Assembly: GCF_036321535.1 (NCBI RefSeq)
Contig: NC_087436.1
Span: 69,442,001-69,506,000, forward strand
Reading direction: 5' to 3'
Source of the DNA: Camelus dromedarius
Lineage: Eukaryota
Length of the DNA stretch: 64,000 nucleotides
Shown here: positions 13,760-26,279 of the stretch, piece by piece
Layout of the letters: every line of letters starts with the position of its first letter
How positions within the stretch are numbered: position 1 is the stretch's first letter
Program-made: the position numbers and the translations under genes
The notes under the pieces: generated by a model
The model's database searches: none
Told to the model about the DNA's origin: nothing
What the model saw: only the letters and a program-made list of their open reading frames with translations

Positions 13760-14130
13760 CTTAACACAGGTCTTTGCACTTGTTCTTATCTACACCTGAA
13801 ATGCTTTTCCTCCAGGGATCCTGTTGGTTCTCACCCTCACTGCCCTCAGGTCTTTGTCTGAATGTCATCCTTTCATTTGGAAACTTCCCTTGCCACTCTA
13901 TTTAAAGGTGTAACCCTACACTCAGAACTATCTGGTCTTATTTTACCATATAGCATATATCACATGCTTAACACTCTCCCCCTATTATATATTTTATATA
14001 TTTATTTTATTCATTTGTCTCCTTTTTACTAGAATGTAAGCTCCATGAGGGTAGATAGAGATTTTGATGGATTTGGCTAATGCTTGCATTCCCAGTGCCT
14101 AAAAAAGAGGGAGGTATTGGGTTCGTATTT
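13760..14130 (+). mobile_element. L2 3' fragment
   Basis: ggtctttgcacttgttc...actagaatgtaagctccatgagggtag...cccagtgcct. Confidence 0.75.
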
Positions 14131-14149
14131 GGTAACTTTCCTACACAAG

Positions 14150-14250
14150 ATGGGAGGAAAATAAGTGAAGGAAGAGAGGGAGGGAGGAAGGAAGGAAAAG
14201 AAACAGAGAGAGGGAGGGAAGGAGGGTTGGAGGAAGGCAGAAAGGTGAGC
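14150..14250. repeat. Purine-rich (GGAA/GGGA) low-complexity tract
   Basis: Seen directly. Confidence 0.8.
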
Positions 14251-15040
14251 AAAAGAACTGTCATACTACCTTTGTAAGAAAGTAACACTGGCAGCATCAA
14301 CTACTAACTCCTGTTGTGAATTAACATCTCTGCTACTACGAATAGATCTAGAGAAAAAATATATTCAGGAGAGAAGAAAATAGAAAAATTAACTAAGGAC
14401 TACTTACGAAAGTGAGAAAGAGAAGCAGTATCAACAACCAACCAGAACTGGCCTTGACAGCTTGCTTTATTTTGTTTGCTCCTCATAAGGAGTCTGCGAG
14501 GCAAGGAAACTTGAGGCTTGCCCACGGTCCCTGAGCAATTAAGTTGGAGGCAGTGCTGGCCCAGGCACCTAAGGGAGCCTAAGGATAGAGAGAGAGACTG
14601 AGAAGCAGAGGAGGGTATACATTCAAGTTTCCAATGCCCAATCTTAAAGCTTCTTCAGACAAAGAAAGAATGAAGAACAAAGAAGGGAAAGTAAACCAGA
14701 TATCACTTTAAAATATTTACCAAGATATTTTTTTCTCAGTGTCATAATTTATCCTAGTAAAGGTGCTTTCATTTATATTTGTATATTGATTGCCACATTG
14801 AAAAGCTATTACCTAAATAGGCAAGATTATTTGCTTTGAGACAAGAGCATATGTATTAACACCACCAGTCTATTTTTTAAAGAATGTGTCCAAAGATAAT
14901 TTTCAAGGACGTTTACAGAGATACAGGTATATTTACTTCAACTTGGCATATGCTCTGGTATGGGGGCATTTTGCTGTACTAACAATTAGAATAAATAAGG
15001 TATCTGGAATCATTAGTGAGAGACTATTTTCGAGACTTAC

Positions 15041-15770
15041 CTAGAACTTTGCTGTAGTATGAATTCCATTCTCCCCAGTAGGATTGAAATATATAGTCTT
15101 GCAGAGGATAAGATATGGTATTTTTAACCCTTTCACTGAAGGTCATCTGGTCAGTGAGCTCGGAAAGGGCTGCCGGTACGTAGGAGGCTGGTGCTGGGAT
15201 TTTCCCACAGTGTCTCTCCACTGTTGAGGCTGGAGAGAACCTCAACGTGTACATAAATGGAATTCCTAATTTCAGAGCAACCAGGTCTCCACAGATTGTT
15301 ACCGGGTCAGCCAGCAACACATCAAAACCACCTTTCTGAAGTCTTGCCATTAACTCGGGGTTGTTTAATACTCCATCACAGATTTGGATATTAATTCGAA
15401 AAAAAGTCTCTAGGAGTTTTCCTAGTTCTTTGTAGAAAGCCCAGAGTGTGAGAGGAGTTGGTCTGTGACGTATCCACAGCATTATCATATGTTCAATTAA
15501 GGAATCGATATTGCTCTTCTTGTAGGAAACAGGTATCACCTCAAAATTCACAGGAGAATCAGGACTGGAGTTGATGAATATGGTAGCTGATGAAGCCAGT
15601 ACAGTCACATTGTGATTTCTTTGATTCAACTCTTCTAAAATGATCTTAATATTTAACCAATGGCTACCATCTGTTGGCCAAATTAGCACGTTCCCAGTTA
15701 GAACAATTTGAGTCAGCATCAAATTAAAAATCAGCAGATGGAAAAACTTCTTAGGCATGGTGATGTCCAT
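15041..15770 (-). CDS. UGT2A2: UGT2A2 variable N-terminal coding exon
   Basis: Open frame (MDIT)MPKKFFHLLIFNLMLTQIVLTGNVLIWPTDGSHWLNIKIILEEL...WGEWNSYYSKVLG closely resembles UGT2A2. Phase-1 donor CTAG|GTAAGT at 15041/15040. Second in-frame ATG at 15758 (718 nt to the donor). Confidence 0.95.
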
Positions 15771-16149
15771 TATGGAAACCCTCCTACTGCAGATCTTTTA
15801 AAATGAAAAGAAACTTTAGAAGTGTATTTAGGTAGATAATTTTTATTTTATTATAAAATAATATTTAATGTGACAGCTACACTCATTCATAGGTCCATTG
15901 GTCTAGAGTTTGAAAGGAAAACAATATAGTTCAAATTCCTAAATGCACTAATATAATTATTTCAGCAAAAGAAATGAAATCTGGCCCTATTTTAAAGAAA
16001 AAGTGCAGGCAGGTTATAAGCCTGATATCTGTGTTCTCTGTGATGCTATGACTTACAAAATGTGTATATCCCAAAATTTTGTTAAATGAAAAATAACAGT
16101 TCTTACTGTCAAAGCTGCTTTGTCAAAATTTGTGGTACTTTCCAGTTGG

Positions 16150-16360
16150 TTGCCTTTATTACAAGGCATTTTTACATACATTGTCTAATTCAGTCCTTTT
16201 CACAATCTTGTGTGGTGAAAGTGATTCACTCCATTTCACGGACAGTGAAACTAATGTTGAATTGCGCACCCAGAAACATATTTGACAAGTAGAACAACTG
16301 GGACTATAATTCTAACCTTATTCCACTCACGGCCAGCTTTTTACAATGCTATGCCTCATC
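16150..16360 (-). mobile_element. MIR
   Basis: ttttacatacattgtctaattcagtccttttcacaatcttgtgtggt...ccatttcacggacagtgaaacta core. Confidence 0.6.
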
Positions 16361-18516
16361 TTTGTAGGTTTTAGGAACTCTGGCTATGCACAATGACCAG
16401 CATTATTATCTTTCCCCATGGCTCATATTTATGAAAAAAAATTTTTAAAGTGTCACTTGGAAGAGTTTGCTCAAATACTTCAGGATGTTTTAGATTAATT
16501 GGGGTATAGCGTAAATTACTACATATTTGATAGAGAGCCCTTTCCTTCTGTGATAAAGCAGATCGATCATTGTCTCCTTGTTACAGGGAAATTTTCAGTT
16601 TCTTTCCCTATGACACCTTTATATACAAATCAAGGAAGTAGGGACCAGCACCCCGGGAACCACATGATTTTTCACTCAGAGTTATTTAATAGCTTAAATT
16701 AGGTGGACACCAGAGTTCAAAAGAGCCAGATTCAAAAACTGTCCTTTTACAAGCTTCATGATGGTGAATTATCTATATCTTCTTAGCCTTAGTTTTCTCA
16801 TGTATAAATGAGAACTAGTGCTAATTTGTTACCTTACCTTGGGGATTAGCAATAATATCTGCAAAGCTGCTTTGCAAACTGCTTAGCTCAGATCAAGAGT
16901 TTAGTAATGTTAGCAGTTAAATTACTTTGCCTCAAGTTTGATCAGTAAATCAGCAGGCTAGCTACAGAATGAGTAGCTAGACATAGATATAATGGTATCT
17001 ATTAGTTGAAGTTCTTAGTGAAGGTCAGTCCAAACGAGGGCAACTGTATAATGATGATATTTTAACAGTTAAAATTATTAGAGGCTGCCATTAAAAAGAG
17101 AAAATAAGAACAAATAAAGAGATTAAAAGGATAGAAGCCAGGAACTGAGAATGGAAATTAAGTAGCAGTTTTTCTCTTCTTACTCTGTTGCTCTTGAATT
17201 GTGCAATTTCAGGCCCTTGAGTAACAAAAGAACCCGGAAGGCAGAGAAAGGGAAAGAGGGGAGAAAGAAGTGATGCTTTTAGAATGATTGTATTTGTATC
17301 CTTCCAAGAGCTAGCCTCAATTTGGTACAGAGGCAGTACCTTTAAAATTAATTAGGTTTTGAAACAAAGCAGTAAACGGACAGTAGGAATCATCTTGACG
17401 GCCATTAAAACAGGCCTAGTGAAGAAATATCTTCGTAAAGAAAACTGTTGTCATCATGACCTCCTTATTAAAAGGTGACAAAACACAACATAAAAGGGAT
17501 AACCAAAGTTTATCTATAAAATACTGGGATCTGTCTAATTATTGAAGTCCTTTTAAAAATAATATAATGATTTAAAAGAAATTACCCACTAGCAATATCT
17601 ATGTTAGCACTTAAAACTTGTCAATATATATTCCAGAATCAAATGCATGTAGGCAGCCCTAAATTACCCTGAATTAAAAAAAAAAAATCATTCAAGAGTT
17701 CAAGGAATCAACTTTCCACTGTTAAGTGATCTCTTCAGGAAAACAACATAATTATCTAATTTAGTAAAGAACAATAGGAGATAATAGAACTAATGAATAG
17801 CTGATGTACATGTCTTTTTGTTTTCAAATTATTCTTGGATGTTAAGGTGTTTAATCCCATTGACATCAGTGTAGATGTCCTTTAGATTTATTCTTTGGTT
17901 TCCTGAAATGTTTCATAATTGCAAATTCAAAAATTATAAAGAGATAGAAAATAAATATTTGGAGACATATGTAGGTATAAACTTAGATTTAAATTTCTAT
18001 CAGTGAAAAAATAATAGCTCCTGCCAAATAAGCCCAATTTCAGGACAAAATGAAGTTCACTAATTTAAAAGGATCACATATTTGTTTGCTTTATGAATTC
18101 ACTAACAGCTATTTTGAATAAGTTTTGCGTAACAGAATTCTGATATTGTTTTCATTCTGGAGACAGTACAAGTCCAGCTTATCCAACTCCATCATTTTGT
18201 ATGTGAGAAAAAAAGATCAAGAGAGGTTTAAATAATCTGAAAGTCACAATACTAGTAATTCATAAGTATTCTTTCTTCTATATTCCACTTTTTAAATCGA
18301 ATACTTGAGATACATTTTATAGTAGTAAAAATTAGAAAACATGACATTTCCTATTGTGAACATTTGATAATGGCATCTTAAACATAACCAAAGAGGTCAG
18401 AAAATAATTTTAAAAACGCATGCCTGTGAAACATCAATATATAAGTACCATGAGTGAAAAATAGATCAGCCATAGAAAATGTGCACGAATTTGAATATTG
18501 TTCTTGTATTTTGAAT

Positions 18517-19056
18517 TGTGAGGGAGGGACAAAACTTTCCCTCTAACTTTTCTAGGTTTTTCCAACTTGTCTAAGAATTAAACTGACATGAGACAGACGA
18601 ACAGGAGAAAAACTAAATTTAATGATGTACGGGGTTCCATAAGACTATGAGGCCCAAGGACAGGTTGGGCAGTTGAGGCTTATATGCCATCTGAGAGAAG
18701 GAGAAGTGAGTAGGGTTGGGGACTTCGAAGGGGAGGAAGGCAATTCGCACAGAGGTGGAGAAACAGTATTTGGTAAACAAGTGTTTTCGGTGCCACACAG
18801 AGACAATGGGACCAGGAGTGGACGTTGGCCTCCAGGCCCTGTTGAGTTTCCATTGACAGTAGCCCATGTTCTTTGTAGGTATCTGTGGTGAGAGGGCTCT
18901 TCCTGGACCAGGGCTTTTATCTAAAATATTTTAGGCAGTTAAGGGAGGGGTAAAAAGAAAGACTTCCAGAACCTTTTGATTCTAAAAAAACAATCAGCCC
19001 CAAATAATCCTCAAGCCAAAGACACAGTTTGAGGTGGCAAGTTTTGTCCCCCTACA
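18517..19056 (-). mobile_element. Solo LTR, ERV1 class
   Basis: TG...CA termini with a 4-bp TSD, GAAT (18513-18516 and 19057-19060). Confidence 0.75.
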
Positions 19057-19679
19057 GAATCAAGTGATCCTTTCTGTTCTCTGTTTATTTTAAAAGAGAG
19101 GGCTCCAAATAGTAATAAAATGGATATAAAGTTCTCAGAATAAAATTTAATAAATTTTTGTATTTAACGCCTGCTAGAGAATGTTTAGTCATCTGTATAA
19201 AATTAAATTAGTATTAAAGTTTCTTAAAATACGCATAATGCTATTAGTTTAAATTGAAAAATCCTCAAAACAATATTTTTGTACAGGAGTTTTTCTTATT
19301 ATACTTTTCCTCTGAAGACACGTCCTGCCTTGAAGGTTTACTCTTCCCGTGCGCTCCGTGAATAATGCGCTGAACGGCTGGGACGGAATTGTGCTGATTC
19401 ATTTCTTATTGTCTCTCAGGTCTGGACGTGGTTCCAGTGGCGCAAAAGCCTGGAAATCAATCTTCATATTGTTTTAGGAACCTGAGTAATCAAGTCGTTA
19501 GTAACCTTATAGTTTTAGCCTTACATTAATGCTTACATTTCATTTGAGTTCTTTGATTGGCATTTATTTAATTCCTTTGAAATTTTAAATTTAGGTGCGC
19601 TCTCTTCTTTTTCTCTTTGTTTTACTCTATATAAACTGAGTATCTTCCAAAGCTTTCTTTTTCGCCCCAGGACTGCCAT

Positions 19680-19850
19680 CAAATGCTTCACCATTTCCTT
19701 AATTGTAACCTCAGGCAAGTTACTAGCCTCCTGATTACAAAGTGGGGAAGAATGACGATGTGTATTTCCTGTAGTTGTGAGGACAGTGTGAAACAATGCA
19801 TGTAAATTCTTCCCAACGGCATTTGTGCTCAATGAATGTTAGCTATACAT
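19680..19850 (+). mobile_element. MIR
   Basis: gtaacctcaggcaagttactagcctc...gttgtgaggacagtgtgaaacaatgcatgtaaa...gtgctcaatgaatgttagcta. Confidence 0.7.
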
Positions 19851-22695
19851 GCTATTGTGGGGAGAGAATCTGACTTTAAAAATGACCAGTTTAAACAGAT
19901 TTCATCACCTAGTTCCACCTCCTCTCTTCCACCCCTCACACAATGGCTCCCCGGGGGCACCTGAGCTTTGGTGCGGATGTGCCGAAACAGGGACAAGTCC
20001 CTCCACGAGCGTCAGTCATGCTCAGTCTCCGGACATATCACAAGCGATCTATTACTAACAATGTATTCAGTACCAAAGTTTACAAGTGATTTAAGAAATA
20101 GACAAATATAAAATTCAAGCTTATATGCATAAAGATTGAGCTTCATTCCCTTCCACTGAGAGGGAACAAAGAACCAGTGAAAGCTCTCCCTGGATATTGT
20201 GCAGGTCACCCTGCAAATTCCGTCTCGGATGTCATGCCCATGGCTGTTGTCCGGCTCACGGGTAATTGTGGAAAAGGGAATGCTACCGGTGGTGATTTGG
20301 AAAATCCTAACCAACCAAGATTAACTTAAATTAAAAAATAGAAACAGAAAGGAAGGAATGAGAGAGGGAAGCAAAGAAAAAGCTAGGAAGAGAAGAGAAA
20401 AAAAAAAAAAAAAAAGAAAGAAAGAAAGGAAAAGAAAGATCCAAACAAAAATGTATTGCCCTTCAAAGGAAAGACTCCAATACATTTTTTATCTTCTTTC
20501 AAATGAACAGTGAAAATCAAGCACTAATGGAGAGATAGATATACACTCAAATTTGTTTCATTTCTAACACGTTATTTTACATTAATTACTTGTGCTCAGC
20601 GAGTACCTAGTTCATGTAAAGAGCTGAATATTATGGTCATTTTTTTTTTCTTTTTTGGAGGTCTGCTGTTTTTCCTACTGAATTTAACATATTTTCAAGA
20701 TATGTTGTTATAGATGGCATTAGTTTTTAGAAATTAATTTATTAATTTAGAAGTTGTTCACCTAATTATTTGTATATAATAATACATTAGATATTTACAT
20801 AAATCTAATATATAAAGCTTACTCACAACAAAACCCATTTGTTTTTATAATGGCCACAGGATAAAACTGTCTGGTAGCAATAGATAATATTTATGGTTTA
20901 TAAATATTTTTATTGGCATTAAAATGCTACATCATTATTTTCTTAAATGTTTCCTCAATTTTGATGGTATTTTTGTTAATATAAACATAAAAATTGAATT
21001 TGCCTGGTTCAAATTTAAACAAATATTATTTGAATTCTGCAGAAGCCTTTTCTTATTTTCAGTTGAAGTGAGGCTCTTAGGACCAGAAAGCTATGCTCAG
21101 GCAAATCGCCCCAGGCAACAGTCACCTGGAGTCTTACGCCTTAAGGAAGAGGAAACTACCTAGTGATAACATGGCCCAATTAAACACCATTTGGCAAATT
21201 AAAATAGGTGAGAAATAGAACAACAGATTTCAAAAACTAAGTACATTGAAAGGAAGAAGAAAAGTACCAAAGAAAGTTTAAACTAAAAATATTCTGAATA
21301 ACTAATGGATTCACATCTGAAATTTTAAAAGGAGAGAAAAACTGGTCTACATACTAGTTTTCTCTTCACAAGTTCATTGCAAGGATTAAGAGATATATTA
21401 TATGTGAAGCACTTATGGTGTCCAGTGCAAAAGAGATCAACAAATATTACCTGCTATTACTTAATGATATTCGTGAGTTCAAACCAAATACCCATGACCT
21501 GAAATAAAAGAAGTAATTTCCACATCATAATATCCAATTCCTAGAAATTAGCAGAGATTAAGGACTCACTCTGTGGTTCTTATAGCATTCCTTGAAGAAA
21601 AATAATCTCCCAGAAAATTGTCCTCTATTTATTTACTCAGGTGTGACAATTTGAGACCTGAGGCGATATTGATTTGTTGCAATGACTTTGATTAGAGCGT
21701 TCAAGCTAAAGTGAAATGTAAATTCAAATTACAAGTTGGAAATAAGTTCTTTTTACAAGTCAGGTCCATTCATCACCCTCATTTATCATTTCATTTGTGC
21801 AAAGTCTTGCACAAAAATAAATTACTCTGAGTTGTCAGTATTTCTACTTCTTACCTGATCTTTTGAATATGTGTGCTCATATCCCTGGGCATCAATAATA
21901 TTGTGTTTTAGTAAAACAAACTTAAATAGTCATTCTAAGTCAGAAGATTGTAATTTGATTAGAAACGTGATATTATCAGAATCAGAGTGTAAGAATGTTT
22001 TTAGAAATCTTCATTACATTCCCATGAACAAATTGTTAGGAAAGATTATTCTCATGTGTTAAGACTAGGAAAATAGTGTGGTTTTATTACCAGCATTAAC
22101 TTACAAGTAAAATAGAATGAAATGTGATTCTGAGACTGCCAGCATGGGGAAGGTTTACCTAAGGGTAATTTCACCAATTTAATAAAGAGCATTGTAATCC
22201 TGACAATTATTATTCCAAGGTTGAGAACAAGTAGTTGATAAAAATATAAGTGATGAGATAAAAATGTGGACATATATTGTGACCAAGGAAGTCTCCATAC
22301 ACATTCCTCTAGTTTATTAACTTGGATGCTGCGTGTATTCAGATGTCACTTAGTTAACAACGTGCATGAGGAGACTAAAGAGTTTTTGAAGATCTTGACA
22401 GCTTCATTGCTTCATAAAGTTGCCATTTCTTTATCTTCTTTATTTTTAAGGTCCAGCTTTAGTCCTCCAATGTTGACTGTTCACTTTTATCTTCATAGGG
22501 TAGTTTATAATCATCATAGTAGCTATGCATATTCTCTCTTAATGTCAGAACAGCTGGGCCTTTGTTTACATTCCAGGCGATAAATATCTATTTTTGAATT
22601 AGGGGGAAACTATTGAACATATCCAGAGGAGATGATGCACCAACTGTAACTTACATCCCTCTTAACACTCCTCTTTAATAAATCCACTCATAGTG

Positions 22696-23637
22696 TCAAT
22701 TGATTTGTAACAAAGGAGCCAAGTAGAAAGTAGAAAAAAGACAGTCTCTTCAATAAATGGTGTTGGGAAAACTGGACACCCACATGGGAAAGAAGGAAAC
22801 TGAACCACTATCTTATACTTTATAGAAAAATTAACTCAGATTGGATTAAAGACTTTTATTCTCACTGAAGTGAAACTACAAAACTCCTAGAAGAAAATAC
22901 AGGCAGTAAGTTCCTTGACACAGATCTTGGCAGTGATTTTTTGGATTTGACACCCAAAAGCAAAGGCAACAAAAGCAAAAATAAACAAGTGGGACTACAT
23001 CAAATTAAAAAGCCTCTGCACAACAAAGGAAACCATCAACAAAATAAAAAGACAGCCTACCAAAAGGGAAAAAAGTATTTACAAATCATATATCTGATAA
23101 GGGGCTAATATCCAAAATATATATAAAAATTTATCCAACCTAGTAGAAAAAAAAAAAAAAGGCTAAAAATGGGCAGAGGATCTGAATTGACATTTTTCCA
23201 AAGAAAACATACAAATGGCCAACAGATACATGAAAAGATGCTCAACAACACTAACCATCAAGGAAATGCAAATCAAAAACACAATATCAACTCACACAAG
23301 TTAGGATGGCTGTTATAAAAAAAACTAAAAGATAAATGTTGGTGAGGCTATGGAGAAAAGGGAATCCTCACACACTGTTGTTGGGAATATAAATTGGTAC
23401 AGCCACTAAGGAAAACAATATGGAGGCTACTGAAAAAATAAAAAATAGAACTACCATATGATCCAGAAATTCCAATTCTGAATATTTATCCAAAGAAAAT
23501 GAAAACCAACTTGGAAAGATATCTATACCCCCATGTTCATTGCAGCATTATTTACAATAGTCACATACGGTAGTACATTTTCTTTATTTATCCAACGATG
23601 GACGCTTAGATTGTTTCCATGGCTTGTGCGTGCGCAC

Positions 23638-23686
<49 letters not shown>

Positions 23687-24205
23687 GAAATATTATTTAA
23701 TGATAACAAAGGAGGAAATCCTATCATTTGGAACAACATGGTTGGAGCTTGAGGACATGCCAAGTAAAATAAGTCAGACAGAAAGACAAATACTATACGA
23801 TCTCACTTATAAGTGGAACCTTAAAACAAAACAAAACAAAACCTTAACTCGTATATACAAAGAACAGACTGATGGTTGCCAGAGGTGAGGGGTAGAGAAT
23901 CCGTGAAATGTGTGAAGGTGGTCAAAACGTGCAAACTTGCAGTTATTAAATAAATAAGTCCTGGGGATCTAATGTACAGCATGGTGACTGTAGTTACTGA
24001 TAAACTGTATTGCATTTTTGAAGGTTGCTAAAAGGGCAGAGCTTTAAATTCTTATTAAAGAAAAGTAAATTGGAACTATGTGTGGTGACAGATGCTACCC
24101 AGACTTATTGTGGTCATCATGTAGCAGTATATACAAATACCAAGTCATTGTATTGTACACCCAAAACTAATCAATGTTATTTGTCAGTTATATCACAAAA
24201 ATAAA
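22696..24205 (+). mobile_element. L1 (L1MA-like) ORF2 end and 3'UTR
   Basis: acagtctcttcaataaatggtgttgggaaaactgg...aacaagtgggactacatcaaattaaaaagc...3'UTR. Contains an internal micro-inversion and (CA)n. Confidence 0.9.
23642..23684. repeat. (CA)n microsatellite
   Basis: Seen directly. Confidence 0.95.
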
Positions 24206-24559
24206 CCATTTTAATCTCTTCCTCATCCCCCCTTTAACACTCCTCACCAGTTATCAGCTTTTATTAATTTTATCTGATAAACTCTAATTGAATGGTTATT
24301 AGCTCCTAGACACTGTCTTAAAATCCTTTTATATGTTAACTAATTTAGTTCTTTCAGTAGTCCTATTAGAGATGGGATAAATAAATGCAGGTGCAAAGAA
24401 ACTTAATTACACCTCCATGGTCACACACTCATAACTGGGAACCAGTTATCAACAGCCCGCTCTCCTAGTTGTTACTTTGTGGTCTCATCTCATTATTTTT
24501 CTCTGTTTATAAGCTACTTCACTAGTATGTGCTCCTATCACATCTTTCCAGGCGTGATA

Positions 24560-25150
24560 CAGTAGCCTACAGTCTAACAACCCTCCACTCTAGGTCCACA
24601 TCTGTCCAGGTATTTTAAATAAAAGGTGATCCAGTCATAATACATCCCTTTCAACATTCCCCAGTTCCTTATTAGATAAAAACCAAGATGCTTAGCATGA
24701 CATGCAAGAGACTTTGTGAATACTTATTGAATAAATTCATTCTTGCAATTTTGACATCTCTAGCATTCTTTCCCGTGCCTCCCGACTTTATACTTTGACC
24801 TTCCTAAATACTGAGACTGCTATTTTAAGACTCCACAACATGGAACATACTGTTTTCCTCCCCACACTTAGTTTGTAGGAAAATTCATATTCACTGTTTA
24901 AAAATTTCCTTGTGTATCACCTTAACTCTTTTAAGTTTTTCGGAATACCACTCTCTCATCTCACGTGCCTGTTTCCTTTATACTACCTCTGTTCTTTATA
25001 CATATTTCCATTACCCACATTAGTCATACTGTAAATATTCCTTTTCATGTCTGACTTCTCTGCTTGACTGCAAATTTCTTGAAGCCAGGAGCTTTATCTT
25101 AGTCTTTGTTGTAACTTCCCTGTTGAAGGGAGTGCCTAGTAAATAGTAGG
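24560..25150 (+). mobile_element. L2 remnant
   Basis: cttgactgcaaatttcttgaagccaggagc...gtgcctagtaaatagtagg L2 3' motif. Confidence 0.55.
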
Positions 25151-25561
25151 ACATCTATGTGCAATAATCATATCCATAAACATATATGGCTTTAAACACA
25201 CACAGATGTCTATAATAATAGGCTTGCAGAAAGCTGAATCTCTTCCAGCTTTCCCCACAGCCCACGCACTGAAGTTTCCAGGCAATTTCTATTTTCAATG
25301 TAATATCTAAATGGGAATTTAGTCCTATTTTTAAGTTTAGGTATTTGTCACCATATGTTTGTTATCCATAAAAGAATTTAGGTGGTATCTTCAAGTCCAT
25401 AAAATTAGAAAACAACACACTGTATTTCCAAAGGATAGTGTCTTTTATCATCTTTCCTGCTATCAAATGATATTAATCAACATGTAGGATTGAAGAATAA
25501 TAGCCATAGGGAAGTAAAGAAGTGTTTGTTCAAATTCAAATAATAAAAAAATGTAACATAC

Positions 25562-26279
25562 CCAAAGCTTTACTGTAGTAGGAATCCCATGATTTCCAAA
25601 GAGTATTAAACATGTAGTCCTGTAGATGGTAGGAAATGAAATTTCTTATTCTGTCACTGAAAGACATCTGGTCAGTGAGTTCTGATAAAATAGCAGGAAC
25701 ATAGGAAGGTGGGTATGGTACCTTCCCACAGTGTTTTTCCACTGTTGAGGCTGGAGAAAACCTCAAAGAGTATATGAATGGAATTCCCAGTTTTAAAGCT
25801 ATTATATCACCACAAGGAAATACTGGATCTGATACCAAGACCTCAAATTTGCTCTTCTTCATCTTTTCCATTAGCTTTTGGTTTTTGAGAACACCGTCAC
25901 AGATTTCTCTAGACACCATGTGGAAGTCTTTGATGACTGTGGCCATCTTCTGATAGAATCTCCAGATGGTTAACGGAGATGGTCTATTTTCCATCCATGT
26001 CAAAACAAAGTCCTTGATCACTCCTTCTATTCTTTCTTTGCCAAAGGGCACATTATATATTTCAAATATCAGAGATGGGTGAGAGGTCGGTGTGATGAAA
26101 AGTGCACCAGAAGCAACTAGGACAGTCACATTATGCTCTTTCCTAATCAGCTCATCTATAATTATCTTAACATTTAGCCAATGACTACCTTCCATTGGCC
26201 AAATCAGGACATTCCCACCAAGAGTGGTTCCTAGAAGACTTATCTGAAGAGACAACAGTAGAATGTTCTTGTTCAACAT
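25562..26279 (-). CDS. UGT2A1: UGT2A1 (olfactory UGT) variable N-terminal coding exon
   Basis: Open frame MLNKNILLLSLQISLLGTTLGGNVLIWPMEGSHWLNVKIIIDEL...WKSWDSYYSKALG. 718 nt; phase-1 donor TTGG|GTATGT at 25562/25561. An upstream acceptor (CTAAT, pyrimidine tract, AAGCAG) lies at ~26329-26362. Confidence 0.95.

Noticed and set aside
22654..24245. ~20-bp similar direct repeats (catccc..ttaacactcctc) on either side of the L1
   Set aside because: Offset ~20 nt from the L1 ends and imperfect, so I cannot call it a TSD.
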